This document shows positions 16,830-25,949 of a stretch of 63,287 bases of DNA, piece after piece. Under the pieces are notes generated by a model. It was not told where the DNA came from and made no database searches. It saw only the letters and a program-made list of their open reading frames with translations. Source of the stretch: a virus; the IMG/VR virus record IMGVR_UViG_3300048623_000041, positions 1 to 63,287 of that record; one strand, written 5' to 3'. Both the position numbers and the translations under genes were made by a program. The number at the start of each line of letters is the position of its first letter. The first letter of the stretch is position 1.

Positions 16830-17471
16830 ATGCTTTACATGGCAGCGAAGCGGAAAATCCGAAAAACCGGCGGCGAGATCTACGCGCCCAATCGTATTGC
16901 GGAAGAGCGCAAGGCCAAGGGCCTGAGCACGCTCGAGCTGTCGCTGATGATCGAGGCCTCACCCGGAACGGTCAACCGGCTGGAGAATCGCAAGGCCGCG
17001 CTCAGCGTCGACTACATGCTGGCAATCGCCAAGGCTCTCAACATTCCGGCCGAACGGCTGCTGCCGAGCCCGACGCTGGTCACAAGCCGGGCGCTCCCGA
17101 TTCTCGGACGCGTCGCCTGCGGAAACTGGCGGGAAGCTATCTCCGAGGCCGAACGCTTCAAGGACGTCGAGGACGACCCCGACATCGGCGGACCGAACGC
17201 CTTCGTACTCGAGCCCGAGGGCGATTCCATGGACATGATCATGGAGGACGCGCGCTGGATCGTCGTCGATCCCGACCAACCCGACCTGATCGACGGCAAG
17301 TTCTACGTCATCATGAACATGGATGGCGAGACGACCTTCAAGCGTTTTCGCGCCGATCCCGCCAGGCTCGAGCCGAGCTCGTCCAATCCCGACCACAAGC
17401 CGATCCTGGTGGGCCGCGAGCCCTTCACCGTCATCGGCCGTGTAACCCTCAGGGTCGGCTCCCCCCAATAG
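16830..17471 (+). CDS. CI/LexA-like repressor (XRE HTH plus S24 peptidase)
   Basis: HTH: LSTLELSLMIEASPGTVNRLENRK. S24 domain: Ser in GDSM and Lys in TFKRF. Start is ATG 16830 or 16839. Confidence 0.85.
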   Translation: MLYMAAKRKIRKTGGEIYAPNRIAEERKAKGLSTLELSLMIEASPGTVNRLENRKAALSVDYMLAIAKALNIPAERLLPSPTLVTSRALPILGRVACGNWREAISEAERFKDVEDDPDIGGPNAFVLEPEGDSMDMIMEDARWIVVDPDQPDLIDGKFYVIMNMDGETTFKRFRADPARLEPSSSNPDHKPILVGREPFTVIGRVTLRVGSPQ

Positions 17472-17615
17472 CGCACTGCCCGGCGATCGACGCCGTGCGC
17501 TGAATTTGCTGGCCCGCCGGTCTGGACCGGAGCGTGGCCCTGCATCATTCTGTTTCGGATCACTGCACCCGATTCGCGTCGCGGTGTTGATAGCGGTTGC
17601 GTGGCTACGGCCATG

Positions 17616-17632
17616 ATATCGTAATAAGATAT
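17616..17632. promoter_or_regulatory. Operator-like site B1: ATATCGTAATAAGATAT (inverted orientation)
   Basis: Perfect ATATC-N7-GATAT dyad downstream of the repressor gene. Confidence 0.65.
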
Positions 17633-17648
17633 TTCTCGCTTGACGGGT

Positions 17649-17665
17649 TTATCTTAATACGATAT
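17649..17665. promoter_or_regulatory. Operator-like site B2: TTATCTTAATACGATAT
   Basis: Identical to A1. TTGACG (17640-17645) lies 3 nt upstream. It precedes the plus-strand early genes. Confidence 0.7.
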
Positions 17666-17679
17666 TTCAGGTTCCAGAG

Positions 17680-17940
17680 ATGGAGCCCCCGATGAAACCC
17701 AGCGTCTTCACCCGGATCAAAGACCTTGCCGATCCCCACGATCTGCGGGCGCTGAAGCTGGGCCTTATCGTCGGCGTCATCGCCGATCTCGTGATTGCCG
17801 CTGCGATCGCGCTCCAGGCTCCCCCTGTCCCCACCGTGCGACCGACGTCAGCCCCCGCGACGTCATGCGGCTCTTGCCCCTTGCCGCATCCCCATTCCCC
17901 CAGTGCCGAGGTCGCCGGCCTGGGGGGAAAGGCTTTGTGA
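17680..17940 (+). CDS. Small membrane protein
   Basis: 86 aa with one hydrophobic segment. First ORF after site B2. Confidence 0.45.
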   Translation: MEPPMKPSVFTRIKDLADPHDLRALKLGLIVGVIADLVIAAAIALQAPPVPTVRPTSAPATSCGSCPLPHPHSPSAEVAGLGGKAL

Positions 17941-18263
17941 TGGGCGCGCAGCACACTCCGGGGCCTTGGGCCGTTACGTCCTCAAAGGGCGACGTCCATT
18001 CGCAAGCTCGCAACGGCCAGAACTGGATCTGCCAAGGGCCCAACGACAGCGTTTCCGCGCCTTTTGCATCTGAGCGTGAAGCCAATGCCCGTCTGATCGC
18101 TGCGGCGCCGAAGCTGCTTGCGGCGCTACGTCTCCAAATCAAGGAATGGCACGAACAGGGCTGCCCCACAGCGTTCGCCCCAGTCGATGAGTGCATGCAC
18201 TGTTTTGGAATCCGCCGCCAAGTCGCGCTTGCTGCCATCGCCGAAGCGACAGGTGCCGCATGA
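17940..18263 (+). CDS. Hypothetical early protein
   Basis: Trimmed to MGAQHTPGPWAV...ANARLIAAAPKLL, a recurring phage family by memory. TGATG overlap with the upstream gene. Confidence 0.6.
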   Translation: MGAQHTPGPWAVTSSKGDVHSQARNGQNWICQGPNDSVSAPFASEREANARLIAAAPKLLAALRLQIKEWHEQGCPTAFAPVDECMHCFGIRRQVALAAIAEATGAA

Positions 18264-18592
18264 ACGCCCGCGTCGACCCCCAGACCCTGATCGACGCCGC
18301 GCGCAGCCGCAGTCGCTTCGAGATGATCTTCACGCTCGACAACTTCGCGTCCTACGCGGCGCTGCGGTTCGACGATGCAGACGAGGCGCTGTCGGAGCTT
18401 CATGGCTTTACCGTCCGGCATCGGCTCAACCCCGAGGCTGAGGCCGCGATCTACGACTATCAGACCATGCGCTACACCGCGCAGTTTTACGGTGCCGCGA
18501 AGTTCGGCCCGGTCGATCAGCGGCATCCGATGGTCAAGCTCTACCAGAAGGCGGCGCGCGCTGGCGTGTCGGTGGTGGTGGCGCATGGCTGA
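18260..18592 (+). CDS. Hypothetical protein
   Basis: Trimmed to MNARVDPQTL. ATGA overlap. Confidence 0.55.
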   Translation: MNARVDPQTLIDAARSRSRFEMIFTLDNFASYAALRFDDADEALSELHGFTVRHRLNPEAEAAIYDYQTMRYTAQFYGAAKFGPVDQRHPMVKLYQKAARAGVSVVVAHG

Positions 18593-19448
18593 GAACAGCG
18601 CAATCGAATGGACTGATGCGACGGTCAATTTCTGGTGGGGCTGCACGAAGGTCGGTCCCGGCTGCGATCATTGCTACGCCGAGACCTGGGCGAAGCGCAC
18701 GGGCGGCGGGCTGTGGGGCGTCGGCGTGCCGCGTCGGCAGATCAAGGGCGCGGTGAAGCTGCTCTACAAGCTCCAGAACGGCTATTCGTGGTGGGCGGCC
18801 GATCACTATATCGGCAAGATCAACCCGACGCCGCAGCGGCGCGTCTTCATCCAGTCGATGTCCGACCTGTTCGATACCGAAGTGCCGATCGAGTGGTTTG
18901 ACGAGGCGTGGCACCATATCGAGAACTGCGACAAGCTGGGCATCCAGATCGTCACCAAGCGCATCTCCGTCATCGAGAAGCGGCTGGCCTCGATTGGCGT
19001 GACGACATGGCCGCAGCATGCTGGCCTGATCATCTCGGTCGTCAACCAGGCCGAAGCCGAGCGCGACATCCCGCGCCTCATCGAGCTTAAAGCGAAGCTC
19101 GGCATTCCGTGGATCGGGCTCAGCATGGAGCCGCTACTTGGGGCGGTGACGCTCAAGCCCGAATGGCTGGCCGAACTGGGCTGGGCGATCGTCGGCGGAG
19201 AGTCAGGGAAAAACGCGCGCATCATGCAACTGGAGTGGATTCGCACGCTTCGTGATCAGTGTGCCGCAGCCGGCGTGCCGTTCATGTTTAAGCAGTTCGG
19301 CGAATGGATCGCTGCGGCGCAAATCGGCTTCCATGGTCACGAGCGCAGGCCTCGCTTCGATATCCCGCCGCAGTCTTACATGCGCGTCGGCAAGAAAGCC
19401 GCCGGTCGCCTGCTTGATGGAGTTCAGCACGACGGGCTTCCAGCATGA
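18585..19448 (+). CDS. DUF5131 (phage Gp37/Gp68 family) protein
   Basis: Trimmed to MAENSAIEWTDATVNFWWGCTKVGPGCDHCYAETWA. Confidence 0.75.
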   Translation: MAENSAIEWTDATVNFWWGCTKVGPGCDHCYAETWAKRTGGGLWGVGVPRRQIKGAVKLLYKLQNGYSWWAADHYIGKINPTPQRRVFIQSMSDLFDTEVPIEWFDEAWHHIENCDKLGIQIVTKRISVIEKRLASIGVTTWPQHAGLIISVVNQAEAERDIPRLIELKAKLGIPWIGLSMEPLLGAVTLKPEWLAELGWAIVGGESGKNARIMQLEWIRTLRDQCAAAGVPFMFKQFGEWIAAAQIGFHGHERRPRFDIPPQSYMRVGKKAAGRLLDGVQHDGLPA

Positions 19449-19840
19449 CCCGCCAGCGCCTCAAGCTCAACTACACCGCGCCGACGGTTCCGACGACGGT
19501 CGCGCAGCAGATGTTCGATCCGAGCGTGCCGGTCGAGGGCTGGTACAAGCACCGCATCCGCTCCGGTGGCATGTACGTCGCTGTCCACCTCTGGTTCGGA
19601 CTGCCAATCGAGCCGTGGACCGGCGAGGTCATGGACCGGGCGCCGACCTGGAATTGCACGATTAATGGCAAATGGGCCGAGGTCGGCGACGTCTGGCCGA
19701 GGTGCGCCAAAGACCCGATCGACGAGGCTGAGGCCCGCCATCTGATGAACCTGCAGCAGTGGGGCGAGGAGACCGGCCACGAGGCTGTCGCCGACCCGCG
19801 TCGCAGGCTCGATCCCCTTCACACGCCACTGATGTTCTAG
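19445..19840 (+). CDS. Hypothetical protein
   Basis: 131-aa ORF, 4-nt overlap. Confidence 0.55.
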   Translation: MTRQRLKLNYTAPTVPTTVAQQMFDPSVPVEGWYKHRIRSGGMYVAVHLWFGLPIEPWTGEVMDRAPTWNCTINGKWAEVGDVWPRCAKDPIDEAEARHLMNLQQWGEETGHEAVADPRRRLDPLHTPLMF

Positions 19841-19853
19841 CCGGAGACCCCCG

Positions 19854-20642
19854 ATGTCCGCATTCCCCGACGTAAAAGCCTTCCCGACCACGCCAGCGCC
19901 TGCACAGGCAGGACTCGGCCACAACCGCGCGCCCGTCGACGTCATGGCCCGTGACGACTTCAACGAGGCGATCGACGCCCACAAGGGTATCCGCCAGCGC
20001 ATCAACGACCTGATCGGCAGCGCCGACCGCGCCAATGCCACCGATGACGAAAGCGCTGGCCGCTGCGCCGAATTGATCCGCCAGATGACCGCCGTCGAAA
20101 AGCTGGTCGATGACGAGCGGACCAAGGTCAAGGCGCCTTATCTCGCAGCTGGCCGGTCGGTCGATGATGCCGCCAAGGCACTGGTGTCGACCCTCGGCAG
20201 CAAGAAGGCTGCCGTGCGCGGCAAGGCCGAGTCCTATCTGCGCGAGAAGCAGGCCCGCGAAGCCGCCGAGCGCCGCCGCCAGGAAGAGGAACGCGAGCGC
20301 CTGCGCCGCGAGGCCGATGAACGCGCCCGCGAGGAAGCCGCCAAGGCCGCCGAGGAAAATCGTGCGCCCGACCCGGAGATCATGGAGGCGCCGGTCACGG
20401 TCGCGGCCAAGCCGATCGAGGAGGCCAAGGCCGAGGTCCGGTCGGACTTCGGGGCGCTCGCGTCGACCCGCAAGGTTTGGGTTGGCCAAGTCAACGACTA
20501 CGCAAAAGCATTCAAGGCCGTGAAATCGAACCCCGGAGTGCGAGATGCAATCGACAAAGCCGTTGCGGCACTGGTCCGCGCTGGCCAGCGGGAAATCCCC
20601 GGCGTCGACGTGGTGCAAGATGTCAGTTTGACAGTTCGGTAA
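19854..20642 (+). CDS. Hypothetical protein with a central charged coiled coil
   Basis: 262 aa. Contains the EKQAREAAERRRQEEERERLRREADERAREEAAKAAEE segment. Confidence 0.6.
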   Translation: MSAFPDVKAFPTTPAPAQAGLGHNRAPVDVMARDDFNEAIDAHKGIRQRINDLIGSADRANATDDESAGRCAELIRQMTAVEKLVDDERTKVKAPYLAAGRSVDDAAKALVSTLGSKKAAVRGKAESYLREKQAREAAERRRQEEERERLRREADERAREEAAKAAEENRAPDPEIMEAPVTVAAKPIEEAKAEVRSDFGALASTRKVWVGQVNDYAKAFKAVKSNPGVRDAIDKAVAALVRAGQREIPGVDVVQDVSLTVR

Positions 20643-20646
20643 TCCA

Positions 20647-21234
20647 ATGCGGAACCACCTCCCCTCACAAGCTTATTTGCTCGCACGTCTTCGATATGAT
20701 GAGGAGTCCGGCCGCCTATTCTGGAAGCCTCGTAGCATTATCGATTTTGGCCATCTTCCAGATAGTCAGCAGCGGCGCTGCTGCTCGGTTTGGAACGCCC
20801 GATACAGCGGCAAGGAGGCTTTCACGGCAGTCAACCAGAATGGCTACTCGGTCGGAAATCTCGATAACCGGACCTATTTGGCCCACCGAATAATTTGGCG
20901 GATCATCCATGGTAGCGAACCAGAATTGGTCGACCACATCAATGGCGATCGGCGCTGCAACCAACGCGCCAATTTGCGGTCGGTGGGAGATGCCGAGAAC
21001 GCGCGCAATATAACTGCTCATCGCGACGGCGTCTTGGGCCGCGTTGGAGTATATCCGCTCCGAAGGACTGGACGATTCCGCGCGAGCATCTGCGTGGACG
21101 GCAAGCAGCAGCATCTCGGCGTTTTTGCGACCCTCGCGGAAGCTGAGCACGCTCGCGCCGAGGCCAGTGCTGCTCACGGCTTCATCGTCCGTCATCGCCC
21201 CCATGCCGATCGTGAAAGGAACCCCCATGTCTAA
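20647..21234 (+). CDS. HNH endonuclease with an AP2-type DNA-binding domain (homing-endonuclease-like)
   Basis: HNH: VDHINGDRRCNQRANLR. AP2-like: GRFRASICVDGKQQHLGVFATLAEAEHA. Confidence 0.8.
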   Translation: MRNHLPSQAYLLARLRYDEESGRLFWKPRSIIDFGHLPDSQQRRCCSVWNARYSGKEAFTAVNQNGYSVGNLDNRTYLAHRIIWRIIHGSEPELVDHINGDRRCNQRANLRSVGDAENARNITAHRDGVLGRVGVYPLRRTGRFRASICVDGKQQHLGVFATLAEAEHARAEASAAHGFIVRHRPHADRERNPHV

Positions 21235-22453
21235 CGCAGTTGCAATCAACGGCGAACGCCTTGGCACGGCCCTCGCCAAGTTCGAGAGCCAGCTCGCGGA
21301 GCGGGCGCAGCAGTTCAAGGTCTCGCTGCCCTCGCACATCACGCCCGAGAAGTTCCAGCGCACGGTGCTGACCGCGGCGCAGGCCAATCCCGACATCCTT
21401 ACGGCCGATCGCGGCAGTCTGGTCACGGCCTGCATGAAGGCCGCGCAGGACGGGTTGCTGCCCGATGGCCGCGAAGCCGCGCTCGTCATCTTCTCGGTCA
21501 ACAAGAAGACCGAGCAGGGCTGGGAAAAGCACAAACTCATTACGTTCATGCCGATGGTTTTTGGCCTTCGGAAGAAGATCCTGCAGTCGGGCGAAATCCG
21601 CGACATCCAGACGTCCGTGGTCTACCGGCAGGAGATCGAGGCCGGTCTCTTCGTCTACGAGGAAGGCACCGAGCGGATGCTGCGGCACAAGCCGCTGCTC
21701 GATCCCGAGTTCAACCCCACCGACGACGATATCGCCGCCGCCTATTCGGTCGCGACCTTCAAGGACGGCTCGTTCTCGTTCGAGGTGATGCGCCGCAGCG
21801 AGATCAACAAGATCCGGGAAGCGAGCCAGACCGGCGCCACCCGCGACAAGAAGGGCCAGCCCCGGACGTCGAGCGGCCCATGGGTCGACTGGTTCTCGGA
21901 GATGGCCCGCAAATCCGTGATGCGCCGCCATTCCAAGACGCTTCCGATGTCGGGCGATATCATCGACGACGAGAGCTATGGCGACGTCACGGCAGCCTAT
22001 TCCGCGCAGCATGTGCTGAGCCAGGCCGAGCCGGATGCGCCGACCTTTTCGTCGACGCCGCCGAGCCGTACCCAGACGATCGACCATGTCGCCGAAGAGT
22101 CCTTCGATCCTTCGACCGGCGAGATCCTGAGTGAGGAAGACAGCGCCCGGCTGCTCGATGCCCAGACCTTCGCAGGCGACGGCAGCAATGCCTACGCCGA
22201 AGGCCCTGCGGTCGAGCAGCGCGGCGAGGTCCATAACGACGCCGACGATGAAGAGGCGGCATCCGATCTCCGTGCGGAGCTCGCTGGCAAGATCATCGCC
22301 CGCATCAACGGGCGCAACAGCGACTTCGCGATCAACAACATCCTGAAGGAATGCAAGGCCGACATCGACGCCATGCCCGAGGAGCTATCGGGGGCGATCT
22401 ACGCGGCGAAGCGTGACCGTCTGGCCGAACTCGAAAAGGCAGAAGCCGCCTGA
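21227..22453 (+). CDS. recT: RecT-family single-strand annealing protein with a ~140-aa acidic C-terminal extension
   Basis: Trimmed to MSNAVAINGERL.... TPEKFQRTVLTAAQANPDIL...CMKAAQDGLLPDGREAALVIF is typical of RecT. Confidence 0.8.
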   Translation: MSNAVAINGERLGTALAKFESQLAERAQQFKVSLPSHITPEKFQRTVLTAAQANPDILTADRGSLVTACMKAAQDGLLPDGREAALVIFSVNKKTEQGWEKHKLITFMPMVFGLRKKILQSGEIRDIQTSVVYRQEIEAGLFVYEEGTERMLRHKPLLDPEFNPTDDDIAAAYSVATFKDGSFSFEVMRRSEINKIREASQTGATRDKKGQPRTSSGPWVDWFSEMARKSVMRRHSKTLPMSGDIIDDESYGDVTAAYSAQHVLSQAEPDAPTFSSTPPSRTQTIDHVAEESFDPSTGEILSEEDSARLLDAQTFAGDGSNAYAEGPAVEQRGEVHNDADDEEAASDLRAELAGKIIARINGRNSDFAINNILKECKADIDAMPEELSGAIYAAKRDRLAELEKAEAA

Positions 22454-22641
22454 TGTCGATCGAACGCGCAGGCCGGGGCGGACCCATTGGTTTCACCTGT
22501 GACGCGCCGTCCTGTCACGAGGTTTTCCAGAGCATGAGCCGGGACTTCGGGACCGCTCTTGCCGAAGCAAAGGAAGACGGTTGGAGGGCGCGCAAGGACG
22601 GTGACGACTGGGTTCACCTTTGCCGGGAGTGCGTGAATTGA
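22453..22641 (+). CDS. Small Cys-containing protein
   Basis: 62 aa with CDAPSCH...CREC. Confidence 0.5.
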   Translation: MSIERAGRGGPIGFTCDAPSCHEVFQSMSRDFGTALAEAKEDGWRARKDGDDWVHLCRECVN

Positions 22642-22657
22642 AACGGAGAAGAAGACG

Positions 22658-22750
22658 ATGACGTTGGATATTCTATACATCGGAGCAACGGTCGCGATCT
22701 TCGTCGCTGCCGTTGCCTATGTCGCCCTCGGCATGGGGGATGTGGCGTGA
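22658..22750 (+). CDS. 30-aa hydrophobic peptide
   Basis: Own translation: MTLDILYIGATVAIFVAAVAYVALGMGDVA, with GGAGAAGAAG upstream. Confidence 0.3.
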   Translation: MTLDILYIGATVAIFVAAVAYVALGMGDVA

Positions 22751-23070
22751 GTGATGATATCATCCGCCCCGAGCAAAGTGGGACTTTCGAAGCTTGGGTC
22801 GGCTCGGCTTCGGCCATCGGTGCCCAGATCATAGAGACCGTTCGCGGACTGGTGCTGATGGTAGACGCTCCTGGCACGGCCACCCTTGTTGCGCAGCATG
22901 ATGATCCTGCGGATTCTCGCGTCTTGTACCTCTTGTATCAGCCGCCGGGCGACGGAGAGGACGTAGGCCGAGGCTTCGTCGCACAATATAAAGCGAACGA
23001 GGCGCGCACCGTCGCAGCCTCGCTCCTGCGCCTCGCCGATCTACTGGATGGCGGAGCAACAAAGCAGTGA
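22747..23070 (+). CDS. Hypothetical protein
   Basis: 107 aa, GTG start. Confidence 0.5.
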   Translation: MSDDIIRPEQSGTFEAWVGSASAIGAQIIETVRGLVLMVDAPGTATLVAQHDDPADSRVLYLLYQPPGDGEDVGRGFVAQYKANEARTVAASLLRLADLLDGGATKQ

Positions 23071-23219
23071 CCACCCTCGCCCTCTACGCCCTGGCCGCCC
23101 TCCTGTTCGCCAGGATCGTGCGTCGGAACCACGGCGCCAGCGTGGTCGAGGCCGCCATCGTGGGCGTGCTCTGGTTGCCGTGGATGGCGTGGCAGGCGTT
23201 TGGAGCGGACCATGACTGA
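23067..23219 (+). CDS. 50-aa membrane peptide
   Basis: Own translation from GTG: TTLALYALAALLFARIV...VLWLPWMAW. GTGA overlap. Confidence 0.35.
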   Translation: MTTLALYALAALLFARIVRRNHGASVVEAAIVGVLWLPWMAWQAFGADHD

Positions 23220-23370
23220 GGCCTTCATCCTCTACGCGATCGCTGGACTGGCGTTCATGGTGCTGGCGAGCCAGGATGATGACCTTTCCGCGTGGGAGGT
23301 CGCAGGCGTCGGGCTGATCTGGCTTCCGGCGCTGATCTATCTGGCGGTGACGGGGCGGGACGATGCCTGA
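23212..23370 (+). CDS. 52-aa membrane peptide
   Basis: Own translation: MTEAFILYAIAGLAFMVLAS...GLIWLPALIYLAV. Confidence 0.35.
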   Translation: MTEAFILYAIAGLAFMVLASQDDDLSAWEVAGVGLIWLPALIYLAVTGRDDA

Positions 23371-23545
23371 AGCACCCCATAGCTGCCACGACTGCACCGT
23401 CCCATGTGACGAGCCCAACAGCTTCTGCGCCCGGTGCGCGCCCGAATATCCCCCGAGGGGCTGGCGGCCGGGTGATCCGGTCAATGACAACCGTAAGCCG
23501 GAGCCACGCTGGCCCGGCGACGAGATCGCTGGAGACGGCTGCTGA
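23363..23545 (+). CDS. Small Cys-rich protein
   Basis: 60 aa with CHDCTVPCDEPNSFCARC. Confidence 0.4.
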   Translation: MPEAPHSCHDCTVPCDEPNSFCARCAPEYPPRGWRPGDPVNDNRKPEPRWPGDEIAGDGC

Positions 23546-23697
23546 TGACCACCAAACTCCCACCCCTGACCGACGACGAACTGCTCCAGCGGTATCGCGA
23601 TGGCGCGACGATCGCTGCGCTCATCAACCTGGCCTACCGGCGCAACGGCATCGGCCGGCAGCGGGTGCGGGAGATTGTTTTTGGAGCACAGAGGTAA
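23545..23697 (+). CDS. 50-aa HTH-like protein
   Basis: Own translation: MTTKLPPLTDDELLQRYRDGATIAALINLAYRRNGIGRQRVREIVFGAQR. Coupled at both ends. Confidence 0.4.
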   Translation: MTTKLPPLTDDELLQRYRDGATIAALINLAYRRNGIGRQRVREIVFGAQR

Positions 23698-24221
23698 TGG
23701 GCTACAACATCAACATAGGCGAGGCTGTCTTTGAAGACATGTCCGACGGCACTTCGGCGGACCTTCGCGTCGACGTCGAGCACAAAGCCCTCGACGAAGC
23801 ACCTCGATTCCCGAACGACGATATGACTGGGAACGGAAACTCTCGCTCTCCGGGATATTCGGTTTGGCACGAATTCTGCCTAGACACTGGCATCGATGAG
23901 CTTTTCTATGGCGGTGGGTGGGACCGAGACGCGCGTCAGTACAAGTCCTGCACCGAGCACTTTCACCGCGAAACACCGTTATTGGCCGACCACCCCGGTT
24001 TCAAGGCGATCAATGAACATGATGTAGCCTTCGTAAAGACCGCGCTTGATACGTACAGGGCGAAGCACCCTCTGGCCGAGCCCGGATTTACGACATGGGA
24101 TGCACGCGATGATGATTCATTTCCCATAGCAAACGCCAACTTGGCCCGACTGATCTGGCTGCACTTCTGGATGGATTGGGCCGTGCAGAATTGCCGTCAT
24201 CCAATTGTGGCGAACAGTTGA
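23697..24221 (+). CDS. Hypothetical protein in a visibly A/T-richer segment
   Basis: Trimmed to MGYNINIGEAVFED.... 174 aa. Confidence 0.6.
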   Translation: MGYNINIGEAVFEDMSDGTSADLRVDVEHKALDEAPRFPNDDMTGNGNSRSPGYSVWHEFCLDTGIDELFYGGGWDRDARQYKSCTEHFHRETPLLADHPGFKAINEHDVAFVKTALDTYRAKHPLAEPGFTTWDARDDDSFPIANANLARLIWLHFWMDWAVQNCRHPIVANS

Positions 24222-24490
24222 TGACCCTCAAGCCCCCTACCATCACCAATTCCGGCAAGCAGGTTTTGCTCGATGGCGTGCACTTCGCGGATGCCGCCAC
24301 GGTGTACGGTGCCGAGCGGATCGTCGCCGCTATGAGCAACAGAACGGTCAGCCGCGCCGGCATCGCCAAATACATCGAGGACGAGGCTGAGAAGCGCCGG
24401 AACCCGTCGCTGCGGCGGATCATGCGGGTGATCGCCGGGAATGTCAGGGCTGGGTTTGATGAGGTGGAGCAAAATGACATCCCTTCCTGA
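24221..24490 (+). CDS. Hypothetical protein
   Basis: Trimmed to MTLKPPTITNSGK. Confidence 0.5.
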   Translation: MTLKPPTITNSGKQVLLDGVHFADAATVYGAERIVAAMSNRTVSRAGIAKYIEDEAEKRRNPSLRRIMRVIAGNVRAGFDEVEQNDIPS

Positions 24491-24779
24491 CCTCGCCCGC
24501 CACTGGTTCCGCCAGACCGACAAGGGCAAGGGCCTCAGACTTGACCAGGCCGAGCTAGACCTTCTCAATGCAATGGGCGTCGGCCGTCTCATTGCCGATT
24601 CCCTGGCTGAATTTCAGAGGCAACAATGCCAAAGACGCGTCGCCCAAAACCACTCTATCAGCGGGGGCCGGTCCGGCTCGATCGACGAGATGACCGAACC
24701 AACCTCGTTATCACATGGTACGACACAACCGCCGGACGCGAACGAAGCGCTAGCGCGGGTACAGCGGATGTTGAGCTAG
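24474..24779 (+). CDS. Possible small protein just upstream of and overlapping int (excisionase position)
   Basis: MTSLPDLARHWFRQTDKGKGLRLDQAELDLL.... The last ~50 codons overlap int in another frame. Confidence 0.3.
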   Translation: MTSLPDLARHWFRQTDKGKGLRLDQAELDLLNAMGVGRLIADSLAEFQRQQCQRRVAQNHSISGGRSGSIDEMTEPTSLSHGTTQPPDANEALARVQRMLS

Positions 24780-25888
24780 CGATCGCTGCTGCCGACCGCA
24801 AATACTGGGCGGTCATGAAGCAGCTTGAGTGCTGCCCGACCTGCCACCGCCCCTACGAACAGCCCCAAGATCGCAAGGACAAGCTCGTCACCGAAGCGAT
24901 CGAGACCTACCTGATTTCGGTCGAGAGCCGCCCCAGCTACAAGGCGATCAAGAACCGGATCAAGCACGTCACCCGCTATCTCGCGATGACCAACGCGGCG
25001 ATCACCTGCCCCCAAATCGGTGACCCGTGGATAGAGGCGTTCCGGACGTGGAACGCCGCTCAGCAGATCATCAGTCCATCGGGGAAGGCCCGCGCGCGGA
25101 CGCTCTCAACCGTCGAGAATAGCGTGCTGCAACTAGCGGCGGCGATGCGCTTCAACAAGATCCAACCCCAGTTCAAGGTCATCCAGCCCAAGGATGTCAA
25201 CCAGACCCCGCTCTACCGCGCCGACATCCCCACGATCGCCCGGGCCTTCCGCTACTGCGTCTATGCCGAGGACGAGACCCGCAGCGACAAATGGCGGTTA
25301 CGTCGGATCGCCGAGCGCGATCAGTTGCTGCGTTTCCTCCGCGTTTCCATTTGCACCTTGGCCCGGCCCGATGCCGCGCACGAGGTTTCGACCGCTGCCG
25401 AGCGCCGACAGTGGAACAGCGCCGCCAAAGTCCTGAACCTGAACTATACCGGTCGCCGGCAGACCAAAAAATACCGGGCCGTCGTCCCGATCGCTCAGCA
25501 ATTTGCACCACTACTGGATGGCTGCTCCGGCCTCTACGTCACCGTCAACGGCGTTGGCACCGCCCACGACAAGATGACCCGTAAGCTGGATCTGCCCGGC
25601 ATGGGCGAGTCCGGCATGAAACTCTGGCGCCGGTCCATGGCGAACATCCTGCGGTCACGCCTTCCGGTTGCCGCCTGGGACGAGATTTCGATCTTCATGG
25701 GCCACGATAAGTTCGATGACGTCAGCGACCTCTATGCCCCGTTCCGCCCGGACTATCTGCGCGCTGCATTGGCAGAAATTGAATCGGTTATCGATGAGAT
25801 CGAAGCCGCCTGTCCGGGTGCCTTTTACCCCAACTTTACCGCAAGAGGTGAAAACGTCGTCAGCATCGGAGCCGGAAGGAATGGCTGA
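24626..25888 (+). CDS. int: Tyrosine integrase
   Basis: 420 aa. Arm-binding-like N-terminus (LVITWYDTTAGRERSASAGT). C-terminal catalytic region (LARPDAA, WRRSMAN, FMGHD, LYAP). A tRNA 3' fragment follows 17 nt later. Confidence 0.85.
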   Translation: MPKTRRPKPLYQRGPVRLDRRDDRTNLVITWYDTTAGRERSASAGTADVELAIAAADRKYWAVMKQLECCPTCHRPYEQPQDRKDKLVTEAIETYLISVESRPSYKAIKNRIKHVTRYLAMTNAAITCPQIGDPWIEAFRTWNAAQQIISPSGKARARTLSTVENSVLQLAAAMRFNKIQPQFKVIQPKDVNQTPLYRADIPTIARAFRYCVYAEDETRSDKWRLRRIAERDQLLRFLRVSICTLARPDAAHEVSTAAERRQWNSAAKVLNLNYTGRRQTKKYRAVVPIAQQFAPLLDGCSGLYVTVNGVGTAHDKMTRKLDLPGMGESGMKLWRRSMANILRSRLPVAAWDEISIFMGHDKFDDVSDLYAPFRPDYLRAALAEIESVIDEIEAACPGAFYPNFTARGENVVSIGAGRNG

Positions 25889-25904
25889 TTTCTGCGGTGG
25901 AAAA

Positions 25905-25949
25905 TGGTGGGCGTGGCAAGGATTGAACTTGCGACCCCTGCGATGTCAA
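25905..25949 (-). other. attP core candidate: 3' 45 nt of a tRNA-Val(GAC)-like gene
   Basis: The reverse complement reads TTGACAT-CGCAG-GGGTC-GCAAG-TTCAATC-CTTGC-CACGCCC-A-CCA. That is anticodon loop, stem, variable loop, T-arm, acceptor and CCA. The 5' half of the tRNA is absent. Confidence 0.7.
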
